A stretch of DNA of 63,875 bases from NCBI RefSeq assembly GCF_004010195.1, contig NC_057750.1, positions 13,792,033-13,855,907 of the forward strand. Reading direction: 5' to 3'. The first letter of the stretch is position 1. Every line of letters starts with the position of its first letter. The stretch is from Chiloscyllium plagiosum (Eukaryota). Made by a program: the position numbers and the translations under genes. Shown one piece after another: positions 11,790 through 24,129 of this stretch. The notes beneath the pieces were generated by a model. That model was not told the origin of the DNA and ran no database searches. It saw only the letters and a list, made by a program, of their open reading frames with translations.

Positions 11790-12285
11790 AAGGAGGTTAT
11801 TATTTAGCTGGAGAGTTCAGAAAAGATTGTCCGGGACATTACCGAGAGTGGAGGGTTAGAAGGAGGGGCCGGATAGGCTGGGACTTGCTTCCCTGGAGCG
11901 TCGGAGGCTGAGGGGTGACCTGATAGAAGTTTATAAAATCATGAGGGACATGGATAAGGGAATGACAAGGGTCTTTTCTCTACGGTGGGGGAGTTGAAAA
12001 CTAGGGAGCATGTTATTAAGGTGAGAGGAGAGAAATTTAAAATAGACATGAGGGGCAACCTTTTTACACAGAGGGTGGTTCGCAGATGTAATGTACTTCC
12101 AGAGAAAGTGGTGCATTTGGGCAAAGTTACAATGTTTAAGAGACATTTGGTTAAGTCCATGAATAGGAAAGGTTTGGAGGGATATGGGCCAGGAGCAGGC
12201 AGATGGGACTAGTTTAGTTTGGGATTATGGTCAGCATGGACTGGTTGGACCGAAGGGTCTGTTCCTGTGCTGTATGACTCGATGA
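11790..12285 (+). mobile_element. HER1/CR1 LINE 3' fragment
   Basis: ORF 11985..12212 KTREH.IKVRGEKFK.DMRGNLFTQRVV; tail GGACCGAAGGGTCTG..CTGTATGACTC. Confidence 0.9.
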
Positions 12286-13213
12286 CTGTGACCTCCTGAC
12301 ATCTCTGCCTGAGAAATGCATGAGCAAGTGGGAACAGTCGGGTTCATAAGAGCTGGTTACTAATAAAGTCACAGTTGAGGTCAAGCCCTGTGCTCTCATA
12401 TCATCTGCACAGGAGGTGGCTGCTGACAGATAAGTGGTGTTGGGGAGTACAGGCGCTACTTGGAAAAAAAACTGGAAAAGAAGGTGGTCCTGGAATCTCT
12501 TATTTCTGAGAAGCAATCTTATCTCCTCAAACTAAATTTCAAAGGCACCCTGCCCTGGGATACGTACACGTTGAATGAAATAGTGACGAGGAAATGGTAC
12601 TGGAGTTAGTGTGGCCTCCTAACAAGCTGGGGATTAAAACTAGAATGGGGAAAAATGAAGGTCTGTCAAAATGGATTTTCCATGGATATTTATTCTGTTG
12701 TGGGCAAACTGACTCGATTTGCACCGAACGTACAAATCCGTGCGAATTAGGAAGAGGAGTGGGCCATTCAGCCCCTCCATTCAGATCATGTCCAGTTTCT
12801 CAGCTTCCTGCTGCTAGCCACTAACTCCCTCAAGAACTGACCTAGCTTAGTTTTGAAAATATTCAATGTCCCCACAGCTCTACCACTCTCTGGGGAAGAG
12901 TGTTTCAAAGACTCATGACTCCCTAAGTGAAAAGATGTCTTCCTCACCTTTGTCTTCCATGAGGGAGCCTTTATTTTTCAATTTTGCCCTCTATCTCCCG
13001 CAAATGGATATCCATGCTGTCAAATTGTTTCCAGATCTTATATTCAATAAGATCACCTCTCATCCTTCGGAAGACAAGTGGATGTAGGCCCAAACTGTCC
13101 AAGCTTCCAGCAGTAGATAACCCCCCAATCCCACTCCAGAGGGGATATATTTGCATTTACTTGGAAATTAAATAGCAATGACCCATTCAATGGTTATCCC
13201 AAGCTCAGTAGCA

Positions 13214-13307
13214 AGAGTCGAAAAGTGTGGTGCTGAGAAAGCACAGCAGGTCAGACAGCATCCGAGGAGCAGGAGCATTGTCGTTTCAGGCATAAGCCCT
13301 TCATCAG
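13214..13307 (-). mobile_element. Penelope-like terminal fragment, family A (single arm)
   Basis: Reverse complement reads CTGATGAAGGGCTTATGCCTGAAACGAC, a decayed hammerhead core, followed by family A arm. Confidence 0.8.
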
Positions 13308-13664
13308 AGTGGACAAGATCTGTCACATGACTGAGCTGTGATGGCAAATCTCAGTTTGGGCGTTATTGGTTTTATGATTCCCCCTGAATGAGTGCGGAGA
13401 GAATTTGGCCCAGCATCCCTCTGATGACCACCAGCTCAGATGGAGGTTCCTGCAGGCTGAAGGCTCTTTGGTGTCCACCATTCCACATGATTTACCGATC
13501 TAAGGAGGGGAGGTCAGGTGATGAAATATTTCCAAGGTTAATTCCAGTTGGGTTGGCAACTCATGTCGAGGGAGAGAGGAGAGTTGGCCAAGAGAAATGT
13601 AGCAATGACAAGAAACAGTGCAGGATCTTTCAGGCCCAGAGGAGGTGGACCTGGTGGTGGGAAA

Positions 13665-13684
13665 GCAGCCACTAGGTGGCATCG
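13665..13684 (+). promoter_or_regulatory. Candidate CTCF site
   Basis: CCACTAGGTGGCA at 13669..13681 matches the CCASYAGRKGGCR core, in non-repeat sequence; motif evidence only. Confidence 0.55.
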
Positions 13685-16369
13685 TAATGCGATGGCATCA
13701 CCAAACCCTGACACCAACCGGCCGCCACCCAAATTAATTTCCAGACAGGAAGATCCCGAGCTTCCTTCTCACCCCAGTGCCAATTCCTGCCTGGGCTGTA
13801 CAGATCGCAGCCTCCAGGTAGAAAGAAAGTGGGCCACCCATCTGACTGGCAGATTTGAGCAGCTTGCCCATTGTTGGCATGGGGTAATGGGAGCATTTGG
13901 TCCGTGCCAATTTGTGAACGATTGAGGGACAGGGACAGAGGGAAGGGGGTTAACCACGAGACCTGCCCTTGATTTAATTCAACCCAACTGTAACGTCCCC
14001 TCACCCACAAAGCACCTACCTGACGCTTGGTTTCTCAAGGTGTTTTTTTTTAATGTCCTCTGGTGACATTTACCAGTCTCCTCTGTGGTGCTACCCAGGG
14101 TGTGAGTTGTGAGCCTCTGATTGGCTGCCCGCTGGGTGGAAATTCTGCCCCACCCACCACCTCCTCTCCACGGAGCCGGGTGAGGGTATAGGTGCCAATT
14201 CTAGAGAAAGACCCACAAGTGCCCTCCAAACTGCCTGATCGGAGGCAGAGGCTTCCTGTGAAGAGTGAGGTCAGGTGACCAAGGGGCAAGCCACCCAATG
14301 AAAAGGGACCCAGCGGAAAAATGGAAAGTTCTAGAAAAAAGCTTATTCCAGCAGTAACTGCCGAGTGGGAGAAAAACAGAGTCAATATTTCAGGTGGGAG
14401 CCATTTCGTAAGAACTGGGTAGAAAGGTTTCTGTGCCTCGGAGAAAAATATATCTCCTCTTTATTTAAAAAGAAAATGGACCTATTTGCATTTTGAAGTG
14501 TGCGCCTAACGTACAGAAAGATGTTATTTATCATCAGGAAATGTTTCTTCCCCCTCGTATTAAGGTTTTATTGCTGGAAGGATGTCTTCAGGTCCAACTG
14601 CTGTAGCCAAACAGAGGGACGTGAAGTAGATCAAAATCAAGTTTGCAAAAGTAGTGCAGGGAAGCTGCAAGAAGTGTATCAAATCAAATGGATTCAAATT
14701 TGGCAGGTGGCGCATAAAGTGAGAAAAATATAAAGTCCACTTTGACAGGAACAGCAGAAAAAAAAGAATAGTATTTAAATGGAGAGGGGTACAGAATGAA
14801 ATGGTACAGAAGGATTTGAGTATCCTCATACAGGAATCGTACAAAAACAGTGCAAATTATTCAGGTAGAAACTATAATATGGGCTGTTTGTCCGAGCAGG
14901 ATGGAGTGTAGCTGGAGGGAAATCTTACCACAACTGTCCAGGCCATTCACATCCAGAAACACCTGACTTGAGAAGATGTGCTAGTGTGAGAAACAGTTTG
15001 GTGAAGTTCCAGGTATCCGATTCCTGGGAAGATTGGGTTTATTTTATGGACAAAGGATAAGCAGGTTGGAGACAATAGGAATTCGGGCACCAGCAGGAAT
15101 GTGGAGCTAAAGCCACAGTCAGAAGGACCAAACACAGAACACGCTGGAGAAACTCAGCAGGTCCAACGTGACCATGATCTTTTTGAATGGTCGTTAGGTT
15201 TTTTTTTTCCATTCATTCATGGGATGTGGGGGTCACTGATTGGGCCCAGTTTTTATTGCCTGTCCCGAGTTGCCCCCTTGGGAAATGGGGGTGAGCTGCC
15301 TTCTTGAACTGCTGCAGTCCACCTGCAGTAAATTGGCACAGAGTGTCCTTAGAGAAGAAATTCCAGGATGTTGACCCAGCGACACTGAAAGGACGGCGAT
15401 ACATTTCCAAGCCAGGCTGGTGAATGGCTTGGAGAGAATCTTTCAGGGGTGATGATCCCATATATCTGCTGCCCTTGCTCTTCTAGATGGAAACGGTCAT
15501 GGGTTTGGAAGGTGCTGTCTGAGGATTGTTGGTGAATTTCTGCAGAGCGTCTTGTAGATGGTAGACACCACCACTGCTGAGCGTCGGTGGTGAGCGGAGT
15601 GGATGTGGTGCCAATTGAATGGGCTGGATGGGGTCGAGCTCTTTGAGTGTTGTTGAAGCTGTCCCCATCCAGGTCAAGTTGGGTGCATTCCAAAAGGCTT
15701 ACTCCCGCTCCTGTTTCTCCGGATCTTATGTTTTAGTCAGGTCCTCATCAGGAATGGAGTGATAGGTTGGAGTAATTTTACAAAACAATTTTGAAGAAGT
15801 GTGATTTAAATTTTATTGAAGGGAATTAATTTTGAGGTGGATGGTCTTTGGGATTCTAATGTGTGGAGCTCAGAAGTGGATTTGACTCCAGATTTATAAT
15901 TTGACTGATTGGGGGTTTCTTAGTCAGATTGCAATGTTCTGTCCTTGCTGGCACCTCTTCCTCATGTATCATAAGGATTATTGGCACTTCAAGACAGCCC
16001 TGAATCTGCACACTCAGCTTGTTCCTTTGCTGACCTCATTCATTCTGTTTAAACACAATTATCCTCTGAATTCCCCTCCTGTGCTGTCACAGTCCAGTGC
16101 AACACTCCATGTTATCAGAGAAAAGGTGACATTAGTTCCTGCTTTGGTTGGGGGGGTGGGGGGGTGCGCAACTGCTTACCCTTGTTCTAGTCAGGAGACA
16201 ACTTGATCATTTAGGACTGATTGGCTTGTGAATCTTTTGAAATCTCTCATCCCATAAGATCCAGGGAGTTCAGTTATTGAGACTGTTCAAGAGTATGATT
16301 GATGGATTGCCAGATAATAGACTTCAAGGGAGATGGGGAAAGTGCTGGAAAATGGCTTTGAGGTAGAAC

Positions 16370-17532
16370 TTAGAAACTCTACAGTGTGGGAACAGGTCAT
16401 TTAGTCCAACACATCCACGCCGACCCTCCAAATAGTATCCCACCCAGACCCATTCCCCTTCCCTACTGGTCTACATTTACCCCTGACTAATGCACCTAAC
16501 CTACACTATGTGCAGGAGAAAGTGAGGTCTGCAGATGCTGGAGATCAGAGCTGGAAATGTGTTGCTGGAAAAGCGCAGCAGGTCAGGCAGCATCCAGGGA
16601 ACAGGAGAATCGACGTTTCGGGCATAAGCCTGAAGAAGGGCTTATGCCCGAAACGTTGATTCTCCTGTTCCTACACTATGTGCAATTTAGCATGGCCAAT
16701 CCACCCTAACTTGCACATTAGATTAGATTACTTAGTGTGGAAACAGGCCCTTCGGCCCAACAAGTCCACACCGACCCGCCGAAGCGCAACCCACCCATGC
16801 CCCTACATTTACCCCTTTAACCTAACACTATGGGCAATTTAGCATGGCCAATTCACCTGACCCGCACATCTTTGGACTGTGGGAGGAAACCGGAGCACCC
16901 GGAGGAAACCCACGCAGACACGGGGAGAATGTGCAAACTCCACACAGTCAGTCGCCTGAGTCAGGAATTGAACCCGGGTCTCTGGCGCTGTGAGGCAGCA
17001 GTGCTAACCACTGTGCCACCGTGTTTCTCCTTGGATGTGGGAGGAAACCATGGCACCCAGAGGAAACGCACGCAGACACGGAGAGGATGTACAAACTCCA
17101 CACAGACAGTTGTCTAGGGCTGGGATTGAACCCAGGTCCTTGGTGCTGTGAGGCAGCAGTGCTAACCACTGAGCCACCATGCTGCCCTATAGAATCCCTA
17201 CAGTGTGGAAACAGACCATTTGGCCCAACAAGTCCAAACCAACCCTCCGAAGAGTATCCCACCTAGACCCCTACCCAATTACTCTACATTTCTCATGACT
17301 AATGCACCTAACCTACACATCCCTGAACACTATGGGCAATTTAGCACAACCAATTCACCTAACCTACACATCTTTGGACTGTGGGAGGAAACCGGAGTAC
17401 CTGGAGGAAACTCACGCAGTCACGGGGAGAATGTGTAAACTCCACGCAGACAGTCACCTGAGGCTGGAATCGAACCCAGGTTCCTGTGGTGCTGTGAGAT
17501 AGCAGTGCTAACTACTGAGCCACCATGCAGCC
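16370..17532 (-). mobile_element. Stack of three nested or adjacent HE1 SINEs
   Basis: Older copy 16370-17188 interrupted by a PLE hairpin and by a near-consensus copy 16718-17022; third copy 17189-17532. Confidence 0.9.
16515..16669 (-). mobile_element. Penelope-like hairpin insertion, family A
   Basis: Perfect 15-bp TSD CCTACACTATGTGCA 16500..16514 / 16670..16684; + strand arm holds CTGAAGAAGGGCTTATGCCCGAAACGTT. Confidence 0.92.
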
Positions 17533-17724
17533 CTGTTGAGGATCAGCCATGAACTAGATAAATGACAGAGCAGGCTAGAGGGGCTAAATGGCCTATTTGT
17601 ATTCCATCTTCCTTCCCATTTTTGTGTTTAGTGGTAAATAAAGCCTTCCTTCCTTCATGGCCGACCGTACAAGACATATCTGGCCAGTAGCATTATGAAA
17701 CCAAAGGAAAATGAAGGTCTCTTC

Positions 17725-18600
17725 CAGTATATTTTGTCCAGTTCTGGCTTCCCAGTTATAGGAAGGATAATATTGAGCCAGAGAAGGCTCACAAGACTTT
17801 TACCGAGATGTTACCAGCCGTGGAAAGTTTGAGTTATAAAGAAAGCCTTGATAGGCCAGGGCTTTTTTTACTGGAACATAGAAAGTTGAGAGGTGACAGT
17901 ATAGAGGTTTATAAAATCATGAGGAGTATAGGTAAGGTTAATGGTACATAGGAGAAGCTTTAGATTAGATTAGATTACTTACAGATTACTTGCAGTGAGG
18001 AAACAGGCCCTTCGGCCCAACAAGTCCACACCGACCCGCAACCCACCCATACCCCTATATTTACCCCTTACCTAACACTACAGGCAATTTAGCATGGCCA
18101 ATTCACCTGACCTGCACATCTTTGGACTGTGGGAGGAAACCGGAGCACCCAGAGGAAACCCACGCAGACACGGGGAGAACGTGCAAACTCCACACAGTCA
18201 GTGGCCTGAGGCGGGAATTGAACCGCCTCAGTGGCCTGGCGCTGTGAGGCAGCAGTGCTAACCACTGTGCCACCGTGCCGCCCAGGTAGTTGTCCTTTCC
18301 CTAGGGTGGGGGATTTCAAGACCGGGGGCACATTGTTAAGGTAAGAGGAGAGAAATTTAAAAAAGACACGAGGGACAAATTTTTCACACGGGGAGGGGTC
18401 GCGTGTGGAATGAACTTCCTGAGGAAGTGGTGGATGGGGGGACAGTTACAAAGACATTTGGATAAGGACATGAATAGGAAAGGTTTGGAGGGATATGGGC
18501 CAGGAGCAGGCAGGTGGGATTAGTTTAATTTGGGATTATGTTCGGTGTGGACTGGTTGGAGCGAAGGGTTTGTTTCCGTGCTCTATGATTCTGACTCTAT
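17725..18600 (+). mobile_element. HER1/CR1 LINE 3' fragment with nested HE1 SINE (17960-18284, -)
   Basis: CAGTTCTGG..GAGGTTTATAAAATCATGAGG before the SINE, CTAGGGTGGGGGATTTCAAGAC..tail after it. Confidence 0.9.
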
Positions 18601-19041
18601 AACCAAGAGATGGGTCGTATACAAACAGGAGGGTGACAGTACATCCTTCAATCTCCTAAATGACTGACACTTGCACCAAGTTCAAGGCCTTAGCTCTAAC
18701 GCTAACCACAAATGGCTTCATTTAACAGCAAGATAAGAGACATCATTAGCACCTAAGCTTCCTGGAAAAACTGAAAATCAGAGTTTATTTAGAATCGCCT
18801 CTGCCAGTCTTCTGGGAATCTTATCTACTAAAAGCACAAATAGAGTTCCAGTTATATGAGGGCAGCTTACCGAGAAAATTTATACAAATAAACAGTCAGT
18901 GAATTAAAGCCAACAGGAGAAACACATTCACAGAAAAAATGACACTGTTCGGGAGCCATTCAGATATGACAAGGATAATGTTGATTCAATTGTAAACAAA
19001 CAACCCTGGTGTAGATAATAAGCTCGGTTCCCACCCCTTGC

Positions 19042-19265
19042 TGAAATAACTCCACAAAGGCTGGTATTCCTGTCACCAAGTCCCCTTTATTTACACATGG
19101 ACAGTCCTTGACTCTGTCAGAGCCAGCTCTCAGAGTGAACAGAATCTCTGACCCTCCTGCATCTATCTGTCAGCCAGGGCTCCCTAATTGCACCAGGTTA
19201 ACAGCCCCAATCAGGGAACTCACATTCTATGCGGTCGCCCGGCTAAGCCCGTTGTACTCGTCAAG
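19042..19265 (-). mobile_element. Solo LTR
   Basis: Reverse complement aligns by eye with 47773-47990, including AATAAA and a TTATTTCA end. Confidence 0.7.
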
Positions 19266-19589
19266 AGTGTGAATGGCCCGCTGTTCTGTTCAGAATGCTC
19301 TTGCAAGGCAGGTTGGCCAAGAAACTACGAGTTTCTACTGCTCTTCATGAAATAGCAGAGGTTCAAAACTCAGCGGTACAAGAAGACAGGCTCTGGGCCT
19401 TATTGTGTCCTTGAGGAGGTTAGCACCCCCAGGGTGAGGAGAACAATGCCCTGCCCCCTCATGTGTACACAGTAGTCGAGCCTCTAATGTGGGTCTTTAT
19501 CCTGTAGCCATCTACTTCAGTGAGTGGACAATAGCTCATATCAATATCACGCTTTAACTGATGCTTTAGGGGCAGGTTATCAAGTAAAA

Positions 19590-20170
19590 TGTGATCGAGT
19601 CAAACAGCACAGAATCAGATCCTTCGGTCCAACTCACCCATGCTGACCAGATATCCGAAATTAATTTAATCCCATTCGCCAGCACTTGGCCCATTTCCCT
19701 CTCAGGAGAAAGTGAGGCCTGCAGATGCTGGAGATCGGAGTTGAAGAGTGTGGCGCTGGAAAAGCACAGCCGGCCAGGCAGCATCTGAGGACCAGTAGGA
19801 TCAATGTTTCAGGCATTTCCTGATAGAGGGCTTATGCCTGAAATGTTGATAACTCCTGCTCTTCAGATGCTGCCTGACTGGTTGTGCTTTTCCAGCACCA
19901 CATTCTTCGAACCCCATATCCCTCTGAACCCTTCCTATTCATGTACCCATCCAGAGGCCTTTTAAATGTTGCAATTGTACCAACCTCCACCACACCCTCT
20001 GGCAGCTCATTCCATACACGTACCACCCTCTGTGTGACAAACTTACCCCTTAGGTCCATTTTAAATCTTTCCCCCTCTCACTTTAAACCTACGTCCTCTA
20101 GCTTTGGGCTCCCTTATACTGGGGACGTTGGCTATTCACCTTAGCTACGTCCCTCATGTTTTTATGAACT
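19590..20170 (-). mobile_element. HER1/CR1 LINE 3' fragment interrupted by a PLE hairpin
   Basis: ORF 19832..20059(-) DLRGKFVTQRVVRVWNELPEGVVEVGTIATFKR.LD. Confidence 0.9.
19703..19912 (-). mobile_element. Penelope-like hairpin insertion, family A (older)
   Basis: Near-TSD CCCATTTCCCTCT 19690..19702 / CCCATATCCCTCT 19913..19925; decayed core CTGATAGAGGGCTTATGCCTGAAATGTT. Confidence 0.88.
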
Positions 20171-20619
20171 TGTGATTCCTCAGAGAGAGCAGCTTGAACC
20201 TAATGGTGGTTGAAAGTTGTATCGCAGAGAAAGCCAAGCTGCATTTACACGGAAAACCCAATGTCAGAGGATGGATTCAAGCCAATAATTTCATCTCAGT
20301 TCCAGCTTTTGTGGTTTATGGTGTTGGCTGTGTTTTCATGATTAGATCAGAGGAAAATCATCTTTTCCCAATCTTTCAGTCCGTTCTATATTGAACACAA
20401 CAGTTTGAAACTTCACTGCTTGCTCCCTGGCTCTCCAAAATCATAGGGTGAATTATCATGAACTATCCCGAAAGCCATTATATCTTTTTCTTGACTCGCA
20501 CTTTCCAGGGCAACCTGCAGGCAAATTGTTAGCTCTGTCTTATCAGAAGTCTGCTCCTCAGAGATAGCGCGCAAACTCAAGTTACAGAGTTGTGGGGACT
20601 TGCAACATTTCACTCTGCA

Positions 20620-21920
20620 ACATTTCGATCTCATGTCTATTTTACCATGCACTTCCAACTGCTCCGCAATCTCTTTCTTAATAATGGACACCCAACAACT
20701 AAGGTCAGGTTAACTGGCCTCTAATTTCCCATCTTCTGCCTCCCTCCCCTCTGAAACATTAGCCATCCTCTGGGACCCTCTCTGACTCCAGTGATTCCTA
20801 AAAGGTCACTAACAATCCTTCCACAATCTCCTCAGTTATCTCCTGCAGAACCCTGGGGAGTTGTCCATCCAGTCTGTGTGATTGGTCCACCTTCAGACCT
20901 TTCAGCTTCCCCAGTACATTCTCCCCATTAATGACACCCATCTCTGTCCCCTGCCTCAGTTGAAGTTCTGGTAGGCTGCTGGTGTCTTCCACCGTGAAGT
21001 ACCTGTTCAATTTCTCCATCATTTCTCTGTTCCCCATCACTACGTCTCCAGCCTCATCTTTCAGTAGTCCACTCTTGCTTCCCTCTTACCTTTTAGATAT
21101 CTAAAAAGTTCGAACAATCTTCTTTTGTATCACTACCTAGTTTACCCTCATATTTCATCTCCCATTTATTGATTTTCTTATTGGCCTCTTGCTGCTTTTT
21201 CAAGGCTTGCTAATCCTTTGGTTTCTCACTTATCTTTAGCACGTGGCATGACTTTCCTTTTGCTTTTATGCTGTCCCTGACTTACCTTGTCATCCACGGT
21301 TACCTCTTCTTCCCTTTAGGTATGTTCCTTCTTCCTTGAGATGAATTTCTGCTGTGCCTCCTAAACTACTCCCTGAAACTCCTGCCATTGCTGAGCCATC
21401 ATCTTCCCTGCTAGGCTCCCCTTCCAATCACCTCTGGCTCCTCCTTTATGTCTTTGTACTTGCCTTTATTCAATCGTAATGCCATTATATCTGACTCCAG
21501 CTTCTCCCTCTCAGGGGGGAGTTCTTTCATATTGTGGCCACTGGCCCCTAGGGATTCCTGCACCATACGTTCCCTAATCTAGTCTAACTTATTACACAAT
21601 CCAGAATTGCCTGTTCCCTAGTGGACTCTACCACAAGCTGCTTCAAACAAAAGCTCTTGTAGAAATTCCAGAACTCCCTTTCTTTGGAATCCACGACCAA
21701 TGCTGATTTTCCCAATCCACCTGCATATTGAAATCCCCAATGATTATTGCAATAGTGCCTTTTTTACAAACCTTTTCCAGCTCCTGATCTATTTCCACCC
21801 CACTTCCTGACCACTTGTACACATCTCCTATCAGGATGTTTTTTCCCCTGCAGCTCCTCAATGCCACAGATTCTCTGTCTTCTGAACCTATATCAGTTCC
21901 TGCTGTTGCTTTAATTTCAT
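20620..21920 (-). mobile_element. Degenerate CR1 ORF2 segment (APE endonuclease to start of RT)
   Basis: ORF 21643..21987(-) IIIGDFNMQVDWENQ (APE GDFN motif); ORF 20798..21040(-) LGKLKGLKVD..LPRVLQEITEEIVE. Confidence 0.88.
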
Positions 21921-21934
21921 TGCTTACTAGCAAA

Positions 21935-22258
21935 GAATCGAATCCCTGCACTGTGGAAACAGGCCATTTGGCCCAACCCGTCCACACCGACCCTCCAAAA
22001 AGTTACCCACCCAGATCTATTCCTCAACCCTATTACTCTGCGTTTACCTCTGACCGATGTACCTAACCTATACACCCCTGAACACGATGGACAATTGAGC
22101 ATAGCCAATTCACCTGACCTGCACATCTTGTGGGAGGAAACCCACACAGACATAGGGAGAATGTACAAACTCCACACAGATAGTGGCTGGAATTGAACCC
22201 GGGGGGGGGGGGGGTCCCTGGCGCTGTGAGGCAGCAGTGCTAACCACTGTGCCGCCCC
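21935..22258 (-). mobile_element. HE1 SINE
   Basis: Tail CTGTGGAAACAGGCC and head GGCAGCAGTGCTAACCACTGTGCC. Confidence 0.9.
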
Positions 22259-22861
22259 AGGATAGCAAGATAGCCCCAAACTCCCTCTGCCCATAGGCCA
22301 GCCTTTTTGATCCTTGGATATCTTTCTCCCAGCCCTGATCCCCTTGCGGACACGTCCGCGTGATACGCACAATGTGATACTTGCTAATCTGCACGGCAAC
22401 CTCATTTATCTTGCCTTGAATCTAATCGGAAGGTTTTTCGCACTGCCTCCTATCAGAACCCATCCTTTTTCAGGATCTCAGGATGACAGGTCAACGTGCC
22501 TCTCCCTTCTGCCATCTGCCACTTTCAGACTCAAGTTGGTGACTGGCACCGTGGGCCTTAGCTGCTTACATGGGTTTCTCAACCGACTAGAGGGGAACTT
22601 GGCATATGTGACGATACTTGCCATATAGTGGCGTATCCACAATCCAGCATATCACCAATGAAGGTCTATGATTCCAGATCTTATAAGGTTTGGATGTAAA
22701 TCAGGGAACTGCCCAAGTACAGAGCAAGCTAGATGAGAAACATAGAGCAAACAGTAATAACATGATACCGAATGGAACAGTCAACCAGTTGGTTTCCACC
22801 TGTAGAGTCAGTAGGTGATGCTGTTGCTCCTATCAGGGCATTTCAACCACGCTTGTGATTT

Positions 22862-23480
22862 GTAGAGTCGTAGCATCATACAGCACGGAAACGGACCTTT
22901 CGGCCTAACCAGACTATGTCAAACATGTTCCCAAACTAAACTAGCCCCACCTGCCTGCTCCTGGCCCATATCCCTCCAAACCTTTCCTATTCAAAGTTAA
23001 AAATCACACAACACCAGGTTATAGTCCAACCGGTTTAATTGAAAGCACACTAGCTTTCGTAGCGCTGCTCCTTCATCAGGCTCCGAAAGCTAGTGTGCTT
23101 CCAATTAAACCTGTTGGACTATAACCTGGTAACTTTGTACACCCCAGTCCAACACCGGCATCTCCGAATCATTTCCTATTCATGTACTTATCCAGATGTC
23201 TTCACAACTGCACCAACATCCACCACTTCCTTTGGCAGTTCATTCCACACACAGACCACCCTCTGCGTAAAACGTTGCCCCTTCACGTCCTTTTTAAAAT
23301 CTTTCTCCTCTCACCTTAAGTTTTGAGCTCCTCCACCCTAGGGAAAAGAGCCTTGCTATTCACCTTATCTATGCCCCACATGATTTTATAAACCTCTGGG
23401 AGATCATTCCTCAACCTCCAAAGAAAAAATCCCAGCCTATTTTTTTCACTTGTTCCTGGCGACATCCTGGTCATTTTTTT
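22862..23480 (-). mobile_element. HER1/CR1 LINE 3' fragment interrupted by a PLE hairpin
   Basis: ORF 23316..23504(-) EVYKIMWGIDKVNSKALFPRVEELKT; tail at 22862. Confidence 0.85.
22994..23171 (+). mobile_element. Penelope-like hairpin insertion, family B
   Basis: Perfect 11-bp TSD TTTCCTATTCA 22983..22993 / 23172..23182; minus strand of left arm reads CTGATGAAGGAGCAGCGCTACGAAAGCTAGTG. Confidence 0.92.
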
Positions 23481-24129
23481 TTCTGGGCCCTCTCCGCCAT
23501 TCAAGAGATTGCTGCTGATCTGATCGTCCCCAACTCCAGCTGCCTGCCTTTTCTCTCAATCCCCTTACTGATTAAAAATCTGTCTCAGCCTTGAACATAC
23601 TTAATGACCCAGCCTCTATAGCCTCTATATTGAATAATATCGTATAGGAATGGGTCTGGATGGCCTCAGAGTGTCGGTGTGGACTTGTTGGGCCGAAGGG
23701 CCTGTTTCCACACTGTAGGGATTCATTGATAACGAAGGAAGGTCCAATCAGGATGTAGCGTGACTTGGATCGGAATGTAGAGCTGAGTGATGCCACCAAC
23801 GTGCCCACTGCCCTGGCCCTTCTAAGCGGTGGGGGTCGTGGATTTGGGAGATGTCAAGTGGTGAACCTCAAATTATAACGTTTGTAATCACAGAAACTGC
23901 TTGCACTCCAGACGTAGTAGCAGAGAGTTCCAACTCCGACGGGATCTCAAATTGAGAAACCAGCCACGTGTTTAGTGCAGAAGGTTCAGTAAGGAACGAC
24001 AAGGAATGTCAGGAGTGAAAAGGGACTTCCAACTGGACACTTACGTGAGATCTGTCTGACCCCTGCTCTTCATCGCTGTCCTATCAAACAGTTTTGTCCT
24101 GATCCAATTCACCCAATCCAGCGCCTGCT

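Noticed and set aside
16370..17532. Regularly recurring sequence resembling an array or CRISPR
   Set aside because: Nested SINE copies; no repeat-spacer structure and the DNA is eukaryotic
24045..24124. Possible 80-nt minus-strand exon (AG acceptor, GTAAGT donor, open frame ALDWVNWIRTKLFDRTAM)
   Set aside because: Weak acceptor overlapping CR1 sequence, unrecognised peptide, no partner exons
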